64,000 bases of DNA from Eledone cirrhosa. Its lineage: Eukaryota. Below, in pieces: positions 1 through 13,754 of the stretch (position 1 is its first letter; the number at the start of each line of letters is the position of its first letter). Both the position numbers and the translations under genes were made by a program. The stretch covers positions 39,308,001-39,372,000 of the forward strand of contig OZ024749.1 of NCBI GenBank assembly GCA_964016885.1, given 5' to 3'. The notes under the pieces were generated by a model, which searched no databases, was not told where the DNA came from, and saw only the letters and a program-made list of their open reading frames with translations.

Positions 1-230
1 TGATATCATACTGTGTTATATTGATATCATACTGTGTTATATTGATATCATATTGTGTTATATTGATATCATACTGTGTTATATTGATATCATACTGTGT
101 TATATTGATATCATACTGTGTTATATTGATATCATATTGTGTTATATTGATATCATACTGTGTTATATTGATATCATACTGTGTTATATTGATATCGTAC
201 TGGGTCATATTGTCAAAATACTGTGTTATA
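1..230. repeat. 21-bp minisatellite
   Basis: tgatatcatactgtgttatat, about 10 copies. Confidence 0.95.
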
Positions 231-767
231 TTTACATTTAATATAAAGGCACATGGCTGAGTGGTTAGAGAATTCGATTTGCAATCATGATGTTGTGAGT
301 TTGATTCCTGGACTGGGTGATGCCTTATGTCCTTGAGCAAGACACTTTATTTCATGTTGCTCCTTCTTGCCTGGATTTGTGACCAGTAGATAGTATTAGC
401 AATTGTAAAGACCAGTGGAAACATTGTTTCTTCCGTCCAATTTGACAAGCCCCACCCCACTCATTAAGCAAGTGAGGTCTGGGATCTTGTCGATCGACTC
501 TCGATATTGACATTATATTATACTGGGATGAAAATCACCAAGTCCACCCTGTAATGTGGTTGCACAAAAGGAACCAAAAATAGAACATACAAGAGCATGA
601 TGTGATCATCTCACCTGTCTAGCCTCAATACATGACAACCTGTCTAACCCATGCAAGCATGGAAAATAGATGTTATATGATGATGATGATAAATACAATT
701 ATTTCAAATTTATCTTTTATGGTAGATAATTCATTTATGAAAACTATATAGTAGTAAGTATACTTAC

Positions 768-816
768 TGGAAGATCTGAAGAGATGTTGACTTTGCTTTC
801 TGTGTCATCTTCAGAT
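768..816 (-). CDS. AK9: AK9 exon 23 (49 nt)
   Basis: [16 protein letters not shown]; ttcAG/GTAAGT; phase 2 to 0. Confidence 0.75.
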
Positions 817-3800
817 CTGAATAAATATGATGTGTTATCAGATGGTAATAGATGCTATTATATGTGATAATAGATTATGTTATATATGATATTCAATGAT
901 ATTATATATGATATATTGTATTATAGATGATAATAGATGATATATATGATAACAAATATTATTATATATGATAATTCATGATATTATATGATAATAGATG
1001 ATATATATAATTGTTTCTACGTTAGGCACAAGGCCAGCAAATACCCAGTACATTACTGGTACTTTATTTTATCGACCCCGTAAGGATGAAAGGCAAAGTT
1101 AACCTTGGCGGGATTTGAACTCAGAAAGGCAAGGGTCGTAACTCCATACGTCAAAGCATGGCGTCCGACCCTCTACCAATACTGCCAATCCACCGCCCTG
1201 ATAATAGATGATATATATAATGACGGATGATATTATATATGATAATAGATGTTATATATGATAATTGATGATATCATATATGATATTCAATGATATCATA
1301 TATGATAATTGATGAAATTATATATGATATTTAATGATATTTTTGACGCATAGAGTTATGGCCCTTGCCATTCTGAATTCAAATCCCGCCGAGGTTAACT
1401 TTGCCTTTCATCCTTACTGGGTCGATAAAATAAAGTACCAGTAATGCACTGGGTAATTGGCGGCCTTGTGCCAAAAGTAAAACAATTATATATGATAATA
1501 GATTGTATTATATATGATAATAGATGATATATATGATAATAGCGGTTATTATAGATGATAATAAATGGTATTATATTTGGTAATAGACGATTTTATATAT
1601 GACTAGCAGAATGGCCCGGCGTTGCTTGGGATTCTAAACATAGATTGGCATGTTTATCCCTCCTTTCTGAAACAGTACAGAGAAGTACGGAATACCTAGG
1701 CCTGGGGATGGTGTCTACATTTTGTGCTTATAAAAAAAACTCGTCGTAGATTACCAGGGGTTTAACTTAATTAGGTGCCTGAGAGTAAAATGTTCAACCC
1801 ACGAAAGCCAAGATGATAGGGTTAAGCAAAAAGGCATTCAACAAACCGAACATGTATTTGTTGTGGTATGGTACAATGAAAGCAATAGGTACAGAGCAGT
1901 AAGCATGTGGGACTGCAGTGGTGGGGAGCATGGAGGAATTTAGTTGGATACTTTTACAGGCCCTAATGCAACCAAAATGCTAAACAATGCGGTCCCCGGG
2001 CAAAAATTTGAAATCTTTTTCAGTCAAGAAAATTTGTGAAACATAAGTAATGCATATGCAAAGTTTAAAAAAAATCAGTTGAGTACTTCTCGAGTTACAG
2101 GCCCTAATGCAACCAAAATGCTTTAAATAATCTTTTTTTTGCCTAATGAGGTCCCTGGGGCAAAAAATAAGAAAATTTTTTTGCTCAAAACACTTTAAAC
2201 GATATAAGTAATGCAAATTTTGAAGAAATCGCCTGGATTATTGTTCCGTTATGCTCAAAAATGCCTTTAAAGCCTAAAATATGTGGTTTTTCACCTAATG
2301 TGGTCCCTAGGGCATTGAAAATTAAATATTTTTTGCTCAAAACACTCACAGTATTACATGTGTAAAGTTTGAAAAAAATCGGTTGGGTGGTTCTCGAGTT
2401 TTAGGGTGTCAGACAGACAGACATTCTCTGTTTTAAATATATAGATAATAGACGATATTATATATGATAACAGATGACATATATAATGATAGATGATATT
2501 ATATATGATAACAGATGATATATATGATAATAGATGATATATATGATATTAGATGATATTATATATGATGATAGACAATATTATATATGATAACAGATGA
2601 TATATATAATAATAGACAATATTATATATGATAACAGATGATATATATAATAATAGACAATATTATATATGATAACAGATGATATATATAGTAATAGACA
2701 ATATTATATATGATAACAGATGATATTATATATGATAACATGATATATATGATAATAGATGATATTATATATGATAATAGACAATATTATATATGATAAT
2801 AAATGATATTATATATGATAATAGACGATATTATACATGCTAATAGATGAATCTCTTCATTTTTTTTACATTAATACTTCTCAATACTTCCCCAAAACCA
2901 ATGTGCTACCTATTCTATAGTATAGCAACAATGTCAATGAAATTCTCCCCTATTACAGTCAATAGATACAGTTATCAATGGTTTACTTCTTTGTTTACTT
3001 ACGTTTCTGCCGAAACTGAGTCACTGTCAATTTGATATACAGGACCAATTTTTTTGCCTGTCTTTTTAATAATCATCTCTTGCAATTTTTCTTTGAATGA
3101 AATATGGAAAATGCCAAGTTTATTTGCTAAGTAACGGCCGTAAACAGTTTTTCCTGAGCCATGGACACCAATTATAGAAATCCTTAATGCTGGAGGCTGC
3201 AAAAGAAATTCATAAAATTATTAACCCTTTAATGTTCAAACCGGCCAAAACCGGCCAGAATTCTCTACCTCTTTCTGTTGAAACTGGCTGTAACTGGTCG
3301 CTCAAACTGATGTTAAGGTATTGTTCTCAAAATAAATACTTTCAAAATCTCATAGATTCGATATTATGTGAGGTAAAGCCTTTACCATGAAAATATAATA
3401 GCATATATAAAATAATGTGAATGCTAAAGGGTTAAAAGTAAAGTTAAAGTCAACAGTCTGTAATTGTTAATGGAGTTGTAGAGGCACAATCGTGACAAAC
3501 AACATGTCCTTGGGTAGGCATGTCAAACATGCGGCTCTTTACAAGCACACATGTGGCCCACAAAAAGGTTTTTACAGCGTGAGCATGTTTTTATCTTCGT
3601 AATGTAAAATTTAAAAAATTAGTTGTAATGTGTGAATTTAGTTGTTGTGTGTGGCCCTCAGACAACATATATGTGACCCATGTGACCCATGTGACTCTCA
3701 GAGGATCCTCAGTTTGACATGCCTCTCTTAGGGTATAGGTGTACAATCTTGATGCACATCATGTCTTAGGTTATAGGAACACCATCCTGAGGCATGGCAT

Positions 3801-5984
3801 GTCTTGGGGTATAGGAACACCATCCTGAGGCATGGCATGTCTTGGGGTATAGGAACACCATCCTGAGGCATGGCATGTCTTGGGGTATAGGAACACCATC
3901 CTGAGGCATGGCATGTCTTGGGGTATAGGAACACCATCCTGAGACATGACATGTCTTAGGATATAGGAACACCATCCTGAGACATGGCATGTCTTGGGAT
4001 ATAGGAACACCATCCTGAGACATGACATGTCTTGGGATATAGGAACACCATCCTGAGACATGACATGTCTTGGGATATAGGAACACCATCCTGAGACATG
4101 GCATGTCTTGGGATATAGGAACACCATCCTGAGACATGACATGTCTTGGGGTATAGGAACACCATCCTGAGACATGGCATGTCTTGGGATATAGGAACAC
4201 CATCCTGAGACATGACATGTCTTGGGATATAGGAACACCATCCTGAGACATGGCATGTCTTGGGATATAGGAACACCATCCTGAGACATGACATGTCTTG
4301 GGGTATAGGAACACCATCCTGAGACATGACATGTCTTGGGGTATAGGAACACCATCCTGAGACATGACATGTCTTGGGGTATAGGAACACCATCCTGAGA
4401 CATGGCATGTCTTGGGATATAGGAACACCATCCTGAGACATGGCATGTCTTGGGATATAGGAACACCATCCTGAGACATGACATGTCTTGGGGTATAGGA
4501 ACACCATCCTGAGACATGACATGTCTTGGGGTATAGGAACACCATCCTGAGACATGACATGTCTTGGGGTATAGGAACACCATCCTGAGACATGGCATGT
4601 CTTGGGATATAGGAACACCATCCTGAGACATGACATGTTTTTGGGATATAGGAACACCATCCTGAGACATGACATGTTTTGGGGATATAGGAACACCATC
4701 CTGAGACATGACATGTCTTGGGATATAGGAACACCATCCTGAGACATGACATGTTTTTGGGATATAGGAACACCATCCTGAGACATGACATGTCTTGGGA
4801 TATAGGAACACCATCCTGAGACATGGCATGTCTTGGGGTATAGGAACACCATCCTGAGACATGGCATGTCTTGGGATATAGGAACACAATCCTGAGAAAT
4901 GACATGTCTTGGGGTATAGGAACACCATCCTGAGACATGACATGTCTTGGGGTATAGGAACACCATCCTGAGACATGGCATGTCTTGGGGTATAGGAACA
5001 CCATCCTGAGGCATGGCATGTCTTGGGGTATAGGAACACCATCCTGAGGCATGGCATGTCTTGGGGTATAGGAACACCATCCTGAGACATGACATGTCTT
5101 AGGATATAGGAACACCATCCTGAGACATGGCATGTCTTGGGATATAGGAACACCATCCTGAGACATGACATGTCTTGGGATATAGGAACACCATCCTGAG
5201 ACATGACATGTCTTGGGATATAGGAACACCATCCTGAGACATGGCATGTCTTGGGGTATAGGAACACCATCCTGAGACATGACATGTCTTGGGGTATAGG
5301 AACACCATCCTGAGACATGACATGTCTTGGGGTATAGGAACACCATCCTGAGACATGGCATGTCTTGGGGTATAGGAACACCATCCTGAGACATGACATG
5401 TCTTGGGGTATAGGAACACCATCCTGAGACATGACATGTCTTGGGGTATAGGAACACCATCCTGAGACATGGCATGTCTTGGGATATAGGAACACCATCC
5501 TGAGACATGACATGTCTTGGGGTATAGGAACACCATCCTGAGACATGACATGTCTTGGGGTATAGGAACACCATCCTGAGACATGACATGTCTTGGGGTA
5601 TAGGAACACCATCCTGAGACATGGCATGTCTTGGGGTATAGGAACACCATCCTGAGACATGACATGTCTTGGGGTATAGGAACACCATCCTGAGACATGA
5701 CATGTCTTGGGGTATAGGAACACCATCCTGAGACATGACATGTCTTGGGGTATAGGAACACCATCCTGAGACATGGCATGTCTTGGGGTATAGGACTTTC
5801 TCAAGAATAATTGGGTGAAGAAGACGGAAAAGGAGGAGAAGAAGGGGGAGACAGGAATGCCAGGTAGAGCGGCTTACTTTTAGCTAGGTACTTTTCCTGT
5901 AACTGCCTCACAAGGAAGAGGGCATCAGTGGTGCCTTTTCCTGGTACAAACCCAAATTGCATCTCATCTAGTTTCACCCGGTCC

Positions 5985-6048
<64 letters not shown>

Positions 6049-6218
6049 AGAAAGTATGACCCCGATAGCAGAGTTCAAGCCGTCGAATCGGCTTGAGCTC
6101 TGCTGTCGGGGTCATACTTTCTCCTATTACCCACTCTACTACCCTAAGTATTGAGTACTCTGGTGCATTATGGTCCATCTGGTTCCTTACCACAACTCCT
6201 TCGTTATATATATATATG

Positions 6219-6306
<88 letters not shown>

Positions 6307-9300
6307 TGTATGTATGTATGTATGTATGGCCATCCAAAATCACTGGGAGAGATGACCCCTTAGCCTTTGTCAAGGCAGAATTCTAGGAGAAGGAAACCTC
6401 TGATATAACACCTGCAACCCTGATGGTATCCAATGATGTTGACTTGTTCTTCTTTTTGGTAAATATTATCTTGGTTAAGAGAGTGGGACTGGCTTTGTGC
6501 AGTGCCTTTGCTCACTATAAAAGCTTCACGGCACAGGCATTGCTTTATATCTGGAGATCTCTGAACTCTCTGCACTTGTCGTCACATGGTACCATGGGCC
6601 CAGCACTATGTGTCAATAATTGTCACAGGTGTAGTGTTTGTACCAGAGTTTTCAAGTCGCTGGCTGGACTAAAAAGTCACACTCGTTCAGCGCATTGGTA
6701 GGGGTTCTCCTACATGGATATAAAGTAGTGGCCGTACTCGAAAACGAGTTGGCAGCCACCATGTATGTATGTATGGTTTATTCTGGTAGGTGTTCTAATA
6801 ATCATGAACCACAATAACGAATTTGAGTGCACCGGTCCGAATACATTCATGTATAACAATGGTTTGAAGGTGTGTTAATTAGTAGGTAGGCTGTCCAATG
6901 CATAATTAGAATTATTTTACATACACTGAATGGTTTATGTTTGGCAATACTATCCTCTGGTTCTAATATATATTGTTCCATAAGTTCCACAGTTGAGCAG
7001 TAGTTCAGTCTATTTTCATATTTGACAGCTATTTCTTGTCTACCTGAGATTAAAACACCTTTGTCATTATACATCACTGGACAAAAATGAGATAAATCTC
7101 CAAGAAATCTTTTTTTACTGATTCTTGGATCTTCTTCCTGGAAAATAAAATAAAATAAAACAAAAACTTTAGTAAATATTTCTCATGTAGGGATAAGGCC
7201 AGGAATGTTGTACATTTTTTCATGTTCAGAATTGCTGAAGCATGGAACAAACTACCTGCATCAGTTGTTAGCTGTCGAGACACTGCATCCTTTAAAACCT
7301 CCATGGAACAAACTACCTGCATCAGTTGTTAGCTGTCGAGACACTGCATCCTTTAAAACCTCCATGGAACAAACTACCTGCATCAGTTGTTAGCTGTCGA
7401 GACACTGCATCCTTTAAAACCTCCATGGAACAAACTACCTGCATCAGTTGTTAGCTGTTGAGACACTGCATCCTTTAAAACCTCCATGCTTCCTGAGATT
7501 AGCCAATACTACACCTGATATCCCGCCTCCATACACACGCACACATGTATTTCATGATTCATACACTGTTCATTTTCCTGACATTTGTATATTATTCTAT
7601 GTTCTATACATGCACTTTTGATGAGTTGTAGTGCACCTGAGCACTGTACACAATAATTTCATTATTATTATTATGTATGTGCGTGTAGGTGTGTGTGTGT
7701 GTGTGTGCATGTGTGTGTGTGTGTGTGTGTATGTCTGTATGTGTGTGTGTGTATATGTGTGCATGTGTGTGTACATATGTGTATGCATGCAAGTGTGTGT
7801 GTGTGCGTGTAGGTGTATGTGTGCATATGTATGTGTGTGTATATGTGTGTATGCATGCAAGTGTGTGTATGTGTGTACTTTTGTGTATATGTGAGCATGT
7901 GTGTGTATGCGTGCATGTGTGTGTGTGTATGTGTGCATGTGTGTGTATGAGTATATGACCACTTTACAATGTGGACTGGGAGCCTTTTTACCCTATCTCC
8001 TACACGACCACCTTACAGTGTGGACTGGGAGCCTTTTTACCCTGTCTCCTACACGACCACCTTACAGTGTGGACTGGCAGCCTTTTTACCCTGTCTCCCA
8101 CACGACCACCTTACAGTGTGGACTGGGACCCTTTTTACCCTGTCTCCTACACGACCACCTTACAGTGTGGACTGGGAGCCTTTTTACCCTGTCTCCCACA
8201 AAACCACCTTACAGTGTCTACTGTTGTGTCATCGACACGGTGGACAGAACGGGGAAAGGGAGGATGGGGTAGGGTGTGGGGTGGGGTGTACATTGGGTTA
8301 AGGGGTGCCATAGTTCTTTGATTACATTAACAATACCTCATCATCATCGTCATCCTCTTCCTCCTCTTCATCATCTGCCACATCAGGTTCATAAATCGCA
8401 TCATCCTCTTCCAGATCAATATAAGAATACTCTGAGGCTTCATGTTTGAAGATATCTAATTAATAATTAAGAACAATTAACAATTAAAATATCTAATTAA
8501 TAGTTAATACTAATTAACAATTAAAATATCTAATTAATAGTTAATACTAATTAACAATTAAAATACCTAACTAATAGTTAATACTAATTAACAATTAAAG
8601 TACCTAACTAATAGTTAATACTAATTAACAATTAAAATACCTAACTAATAGTTAATACTAATTAACAATTAAAATACCTAACTAATAGTTAATACTAATT
8701 AACAATTAAAATACCTAACTAATAGTTAATACTGATTAACAATTAAAATACCTAATTAATAATTAACAACAATTAACAACCAAAATACCAAATTAATAAT
8801 TAGCAACAATTAACAACCAAAATACCTAATTAATAATTAGCAACAATTAACAACCAAAATACCTAATTAATAACTAGCAACAATTAACAACCCAAATACC
8901 TAATTAATAACTAGCAACAATTAACAACCAAAATACCTAATTAATAACTAGCAACAATTAACAACCAAAATACCTAATTAATAATTAGCAATAATCAACA
9001 ACCAGAGACATACAAATAAATTATTAATTAACATAGGTTTACTACCACCACCAACACCGACATCACTACTGCCACCAATATCACCCCACCATCGCTTCCA
9101 CTGCCATCACCACTAAACCACCACTACCACTACGACCACCTTCCCCACCAGCACTGCCCCTACCGCTACCACTACCACCACCTTCACCACCCTCACAACT
9201 ACCACCACCACCAAGTATCTAGCTCAACACATCACTCAGTCCAGGCATTAATACCATATACCATATTCACATTCTTGGAAAGTACAAAACAGCACTGACT

Positions 9301-11951
9301 GCGTTGCCTTCAAAATTCAAGTCTGTCTTACACTAATACTGCAATTTTTTTACAATGGGTTGTCCACAAGTTCTCTATTCTGTCCGCTGGGGCTGCAGGG
9401 CAGCCAGTCTGCTGAGGCCGCGGGGCAGACAGCGTGTGGGCCTCCATTTGCTCATAATAATGATTTCTAGTATAGGCACAAGGCCAGTAATTTGGAGGGA
9501 GGGGAAGTCGATTAAATCAACCCCAGTACATTACTGGTGCTTTATTTTATTGACCCTGTAAGGATGAAAGGCAAAGTTAACCTCAACAGGATTTGAATTC
9601 AGAATGTAAAGGATCGTAACTCTATGCTGTAAAGCTTGGTGCCCGACTCTCTACCGATACTGTCAATCCACCGCCCTTGCTCATAATAATTGTTTCTACT
9701 TTAGGCACAAGGCCAGCAATTACCCAGTACATTACTGGTACTTTATTTTATCGACCCCGTAAGGATGAAAGGCAAAGTTAACCTCGGCGGGATTTGAACT
9801 CAGATCGTAAAGAGACATAACTATGCTGGAAAGTATGCCTCTACATATATGTTTTCATTTAATTTTATTGTTTTGTTTTACTGCTAATCAGTGGCATTAT
9901 GTCAACAAAGACCACCTGTACTGAGGACTTTTGCTGTTATTATATCTTTAAAGTTGACTCTGAGAAATAATCAAACCAAAGTGACAGTAATCTTTGACAG
10001 AGAGATGGGGAGAGACGGAGGCAGAGTTCAACATATATAAACATTTAAGAGAATTATTATACATTCACTGCACAGATTAATGGATGTATTGTCCGTGCAG
10101 TAAATGTATAATACTTCTCTTAAATGTTTATATATGTTGAACTCTGTTGTCTGAGTAAAGATAGTATATATGCAAACATTTCTTCAGTTATTTTCTGTTA
10201 CCCCTTAAGCATTTATATTACTCTATATTTACTATTATATGTCTACGGTAAAGGCTTAACCTCACACAATTATCTCACATAATATCAAATCTATGAGATT
10301 TTGATATTATTTATTTTGAGAACAATACCGTAACATCATTATGAGAGGCTGGTTGCAGCTGGTCTGAACAGATAGAGGTGAGAGAATTCTGGCTGGATAT
10401 GGCCAGTTTAAATGCTAAAGGGTTAAACAAGAAATTAAGTGTTAATCAGAAATAAACAATCATTTCTACTTACTTTCAACCTCCGTTATAGCTTTTTTGA
10501 AAATATCATCAATACTTTGATTCTCAATAGGAATAATTATTGGGTCTAAACCCATGACATTTTTAATACAATCAACTGAATTGTTAAGGTTACTATGTGC
10601 TGTAGCTAGTTTGTTTTTATATTCTTCAACTTCTGTTCTGTTAAGTGTCATGTTATCACTAGAAGTGGTTTCTGTTTCTGCTTCAGTCTAAAGTTTAGAG
10701 AAAATGAAAAAAAAAAACATAACCTCAAATAATTGTTTCTATTTTTGGCACAAGGCCAGCAATTATCCCAGTGCATTACCGGTACTTTATATATATTTTA
10801 TCGGCCCCGTAAGGATGAAAGGCAAATTTAACCTCGGCGGGATTTTAACACAGACCTTAAAGGACCATAACTCTATGCTACAAAGCATGGCATCTGACAC
10901 TCTACCGATACTGCCAATCCACTCCCTAACCTTAAATAATTATAATTAAAACAATAATAGAGTTGAAGACAAAACTAAAGACTAATCAAAAATGTAATTA
11001 TAATTATTTTAATTAATTATAATTATGTAATTATTGGTTTCTGATTTAAGCACAAGGCCAACACTTTGGTGGGAGGGGCAAGTCGATTAAATCGACCCCA
11101 GTGCATTACTGGTGCTTTAACGACCCCATAAGGATGAAAGGCAAAGCTAACCTCAGCAAGATTTGAACTCAGATCATTAAGGGGCATACCTCTATGCCAT
11201 AAAGCATGTTGTCTGATGCTCTACCGATACTGCCAATCCATCACCCTAATAACTATGTAATTATTGAAAAGTATCTGGCGATAGGTAGGGCCTCCAGCTG
11301 TAGAAAACTTGCCAAAAAAGGGTTAACAGGGTTCCTCAGTTTTGTCCAAGACATGACAACGCCCCTATAAACACACCTAGTAGACTGTCTAAAGTAGTTG
11401 GCGATAGGTAGGGCCTGCAGCTGTAGAAAACTTGCCAAAAAAGGGTTAACAGGGTTCCTCAGTTTTGTCCAAGACATGACAACGCCCCTATAAACACACC
11501 TAGTACACTGTCTAAAGTAGTTGGCGATAGGTAGGGCCTCCAGCTGTAGAATACTTGCCAAAAAAGGGTTAACAGGGTTCCTCAGTTTTGTCAAAGACAT
11601 GACAACGCCCCTATAAACACACCTAGTACACTGTCTAAAGTAGTTGGCGATAGGTAGGGCCTCCAGCTGTAGAATACTTGCCAAAAAAGGGTTAACAGGG
11701 TTCCTCAGTTTTGTCAAAGACATGACCACCTCCTTATATGTGTTAATCATAGCAGGAAAAGGAATTTAGAAAAAACAAAACAATATTCTTACAATTATTG
11801 TATCTTCCGCTTCCACTTCCATTTCCGGATCCATTTCTACATATAAAGGGAGCCCCAAAAACAAAAACTTTGATTGTAAAATTTGAAACAAAATATAATT
11901 AAAATATGTAAATGTTTGTATTTCCTTTTATAATAGCATTCTTATCAGGTG

Positions 11952-12003
<52 letters not shown>

Positions 12004-12184
12004 GTCATGTACGTCAATACTCATCTTTTTCCATTTCTCCGAGGGTTCTTAACCCCACTATCAGGCTAAATAATTTCTTTAATTTCTTTAGTCAAAATAC
12101 GGCGATAGCTAACATTTCTAATAGTTTCAAATCCACTCGCTGTTTCGAAAATATTCTTACTTGATATATATATATATACATACA

Positions 12185-12248
<64 letters not shown>

Positions 12249-13074
12249 TATACATATATATACATATATATATACATATATATACATCACATGGCTTAGT
12301 GGTTAGGGTATTGGCCTTGCAATCGAAATGTTGTGAGTTCAATTCTCAGACCGAGTGATGTGTTGTTTCCTTGAGCAAGACACTTTATTTCACATTGCTC
12401 CCGTTTACTCAGCTGTAGAAATGAGATGATAGAGACTGGGGTCCCTATCATTCCACTGTAAAGTGGACGTGTAGGTGCCATGGCAAAAAAGCATCCAGCA
12501 CTCACTGTAAATGGGGTTGGTGTTAGGAAGGGCATCCAGCTGTAGAAATCAAGCCAGAATCAGTTCCCGTCCCACCTTTGCAAGCAGGGAAAAGCGGACG
12601 TAAATGATGATGATATATAATATAAGTATGTATACGTACATACATATATGTATACAGGCGTACACTTGTATGTATATACATACATACATGCACACATGTA
12701 TATATGTACGTATGGGTTTACCGAACATTTATTATAATGTTCGGTACAGTGTTCAGCAACCATCGTTCCCCTTTGTTCAACACTGACTAAGGAACGATGA
12801 ACTAGTTTCTAGCTTATTAGCTGTCATCAGCATTGTATACCTTCCTGTCAGTCGATTGAACGGCTACTAATTCGGACTGTTTGTCTGTTTGTTTACAAAC
12901 AAACCGAGCATTCTAATAAATGTTCGGTAAATCCATACGTACATATATATATGTGTGTGCATGTATGTATATACATACTAGTGTACGTCTGTATACATAC
13001 ATGTATGTATTTATACATACTTATATTTAAGTATCAGCCATACTAAGAGTGAGAAATAAAATTTCATTTTTTCC

Positions 13075-13122
<48 letters not shown>

Positions 13123-13142
13123 ATTATTATATATATATATAT

Positions 13143-13174
<32 letters not shown>

Positions 13175-13702
13175 ATTATATATATGTATATATATATATA
13201 ATATATATATCTAACCCATGCTAGCGTGGAAAATGGACGTTAAACAAAGATGATGATGATGATGATGATATGTGAGAAAAACCACAAACCCTCCATCTCA
13301 AACTGCGAAACCGGTAAGGGAACCAAATAAATATATATTTTTTTAAAAAAAGACGTCAGTTGCATTTTCGATTTCATCTTTTTTCCTTATGTATACAGTA
13401 TATATATATATATATATATAGTGAAAACTGGGACGGGAACAAAAACAGAGAGGCAGTACAAACAAAAGTTTATTAGGTTCACACTCTTAATATATATATA
13501 TATATATATATATATCATCATCATCATCATCATCTTCGTTTAACGTCCATTTTCCACGCTAGCATGGGTTAAACGGGAGTTGTCCCACTTGAGGCAAGGC
13601 TGGTCGGGTGACCGTGTCTCGCTCATATAGGACTATCTGGCAGGTTGTCTACTGCTGAATGCCCTTCCTAACACCAACCAAATATATATATATATATATA
13701 TA

Positions 13703-13754
<52 letters not shown>

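Noticed and set aside
3728-5804. ORFs of 656, 677 and 379 aa
   Set aside because: Translations of a 38-bp minisatellite that are open in all three frames, inside an AK9 intron.
12030-12066. Minus-strand CTGATAG...GAAA as a hammerhead
   Set aside because: The core is non-canonical and stems I and III do not form convincingly.
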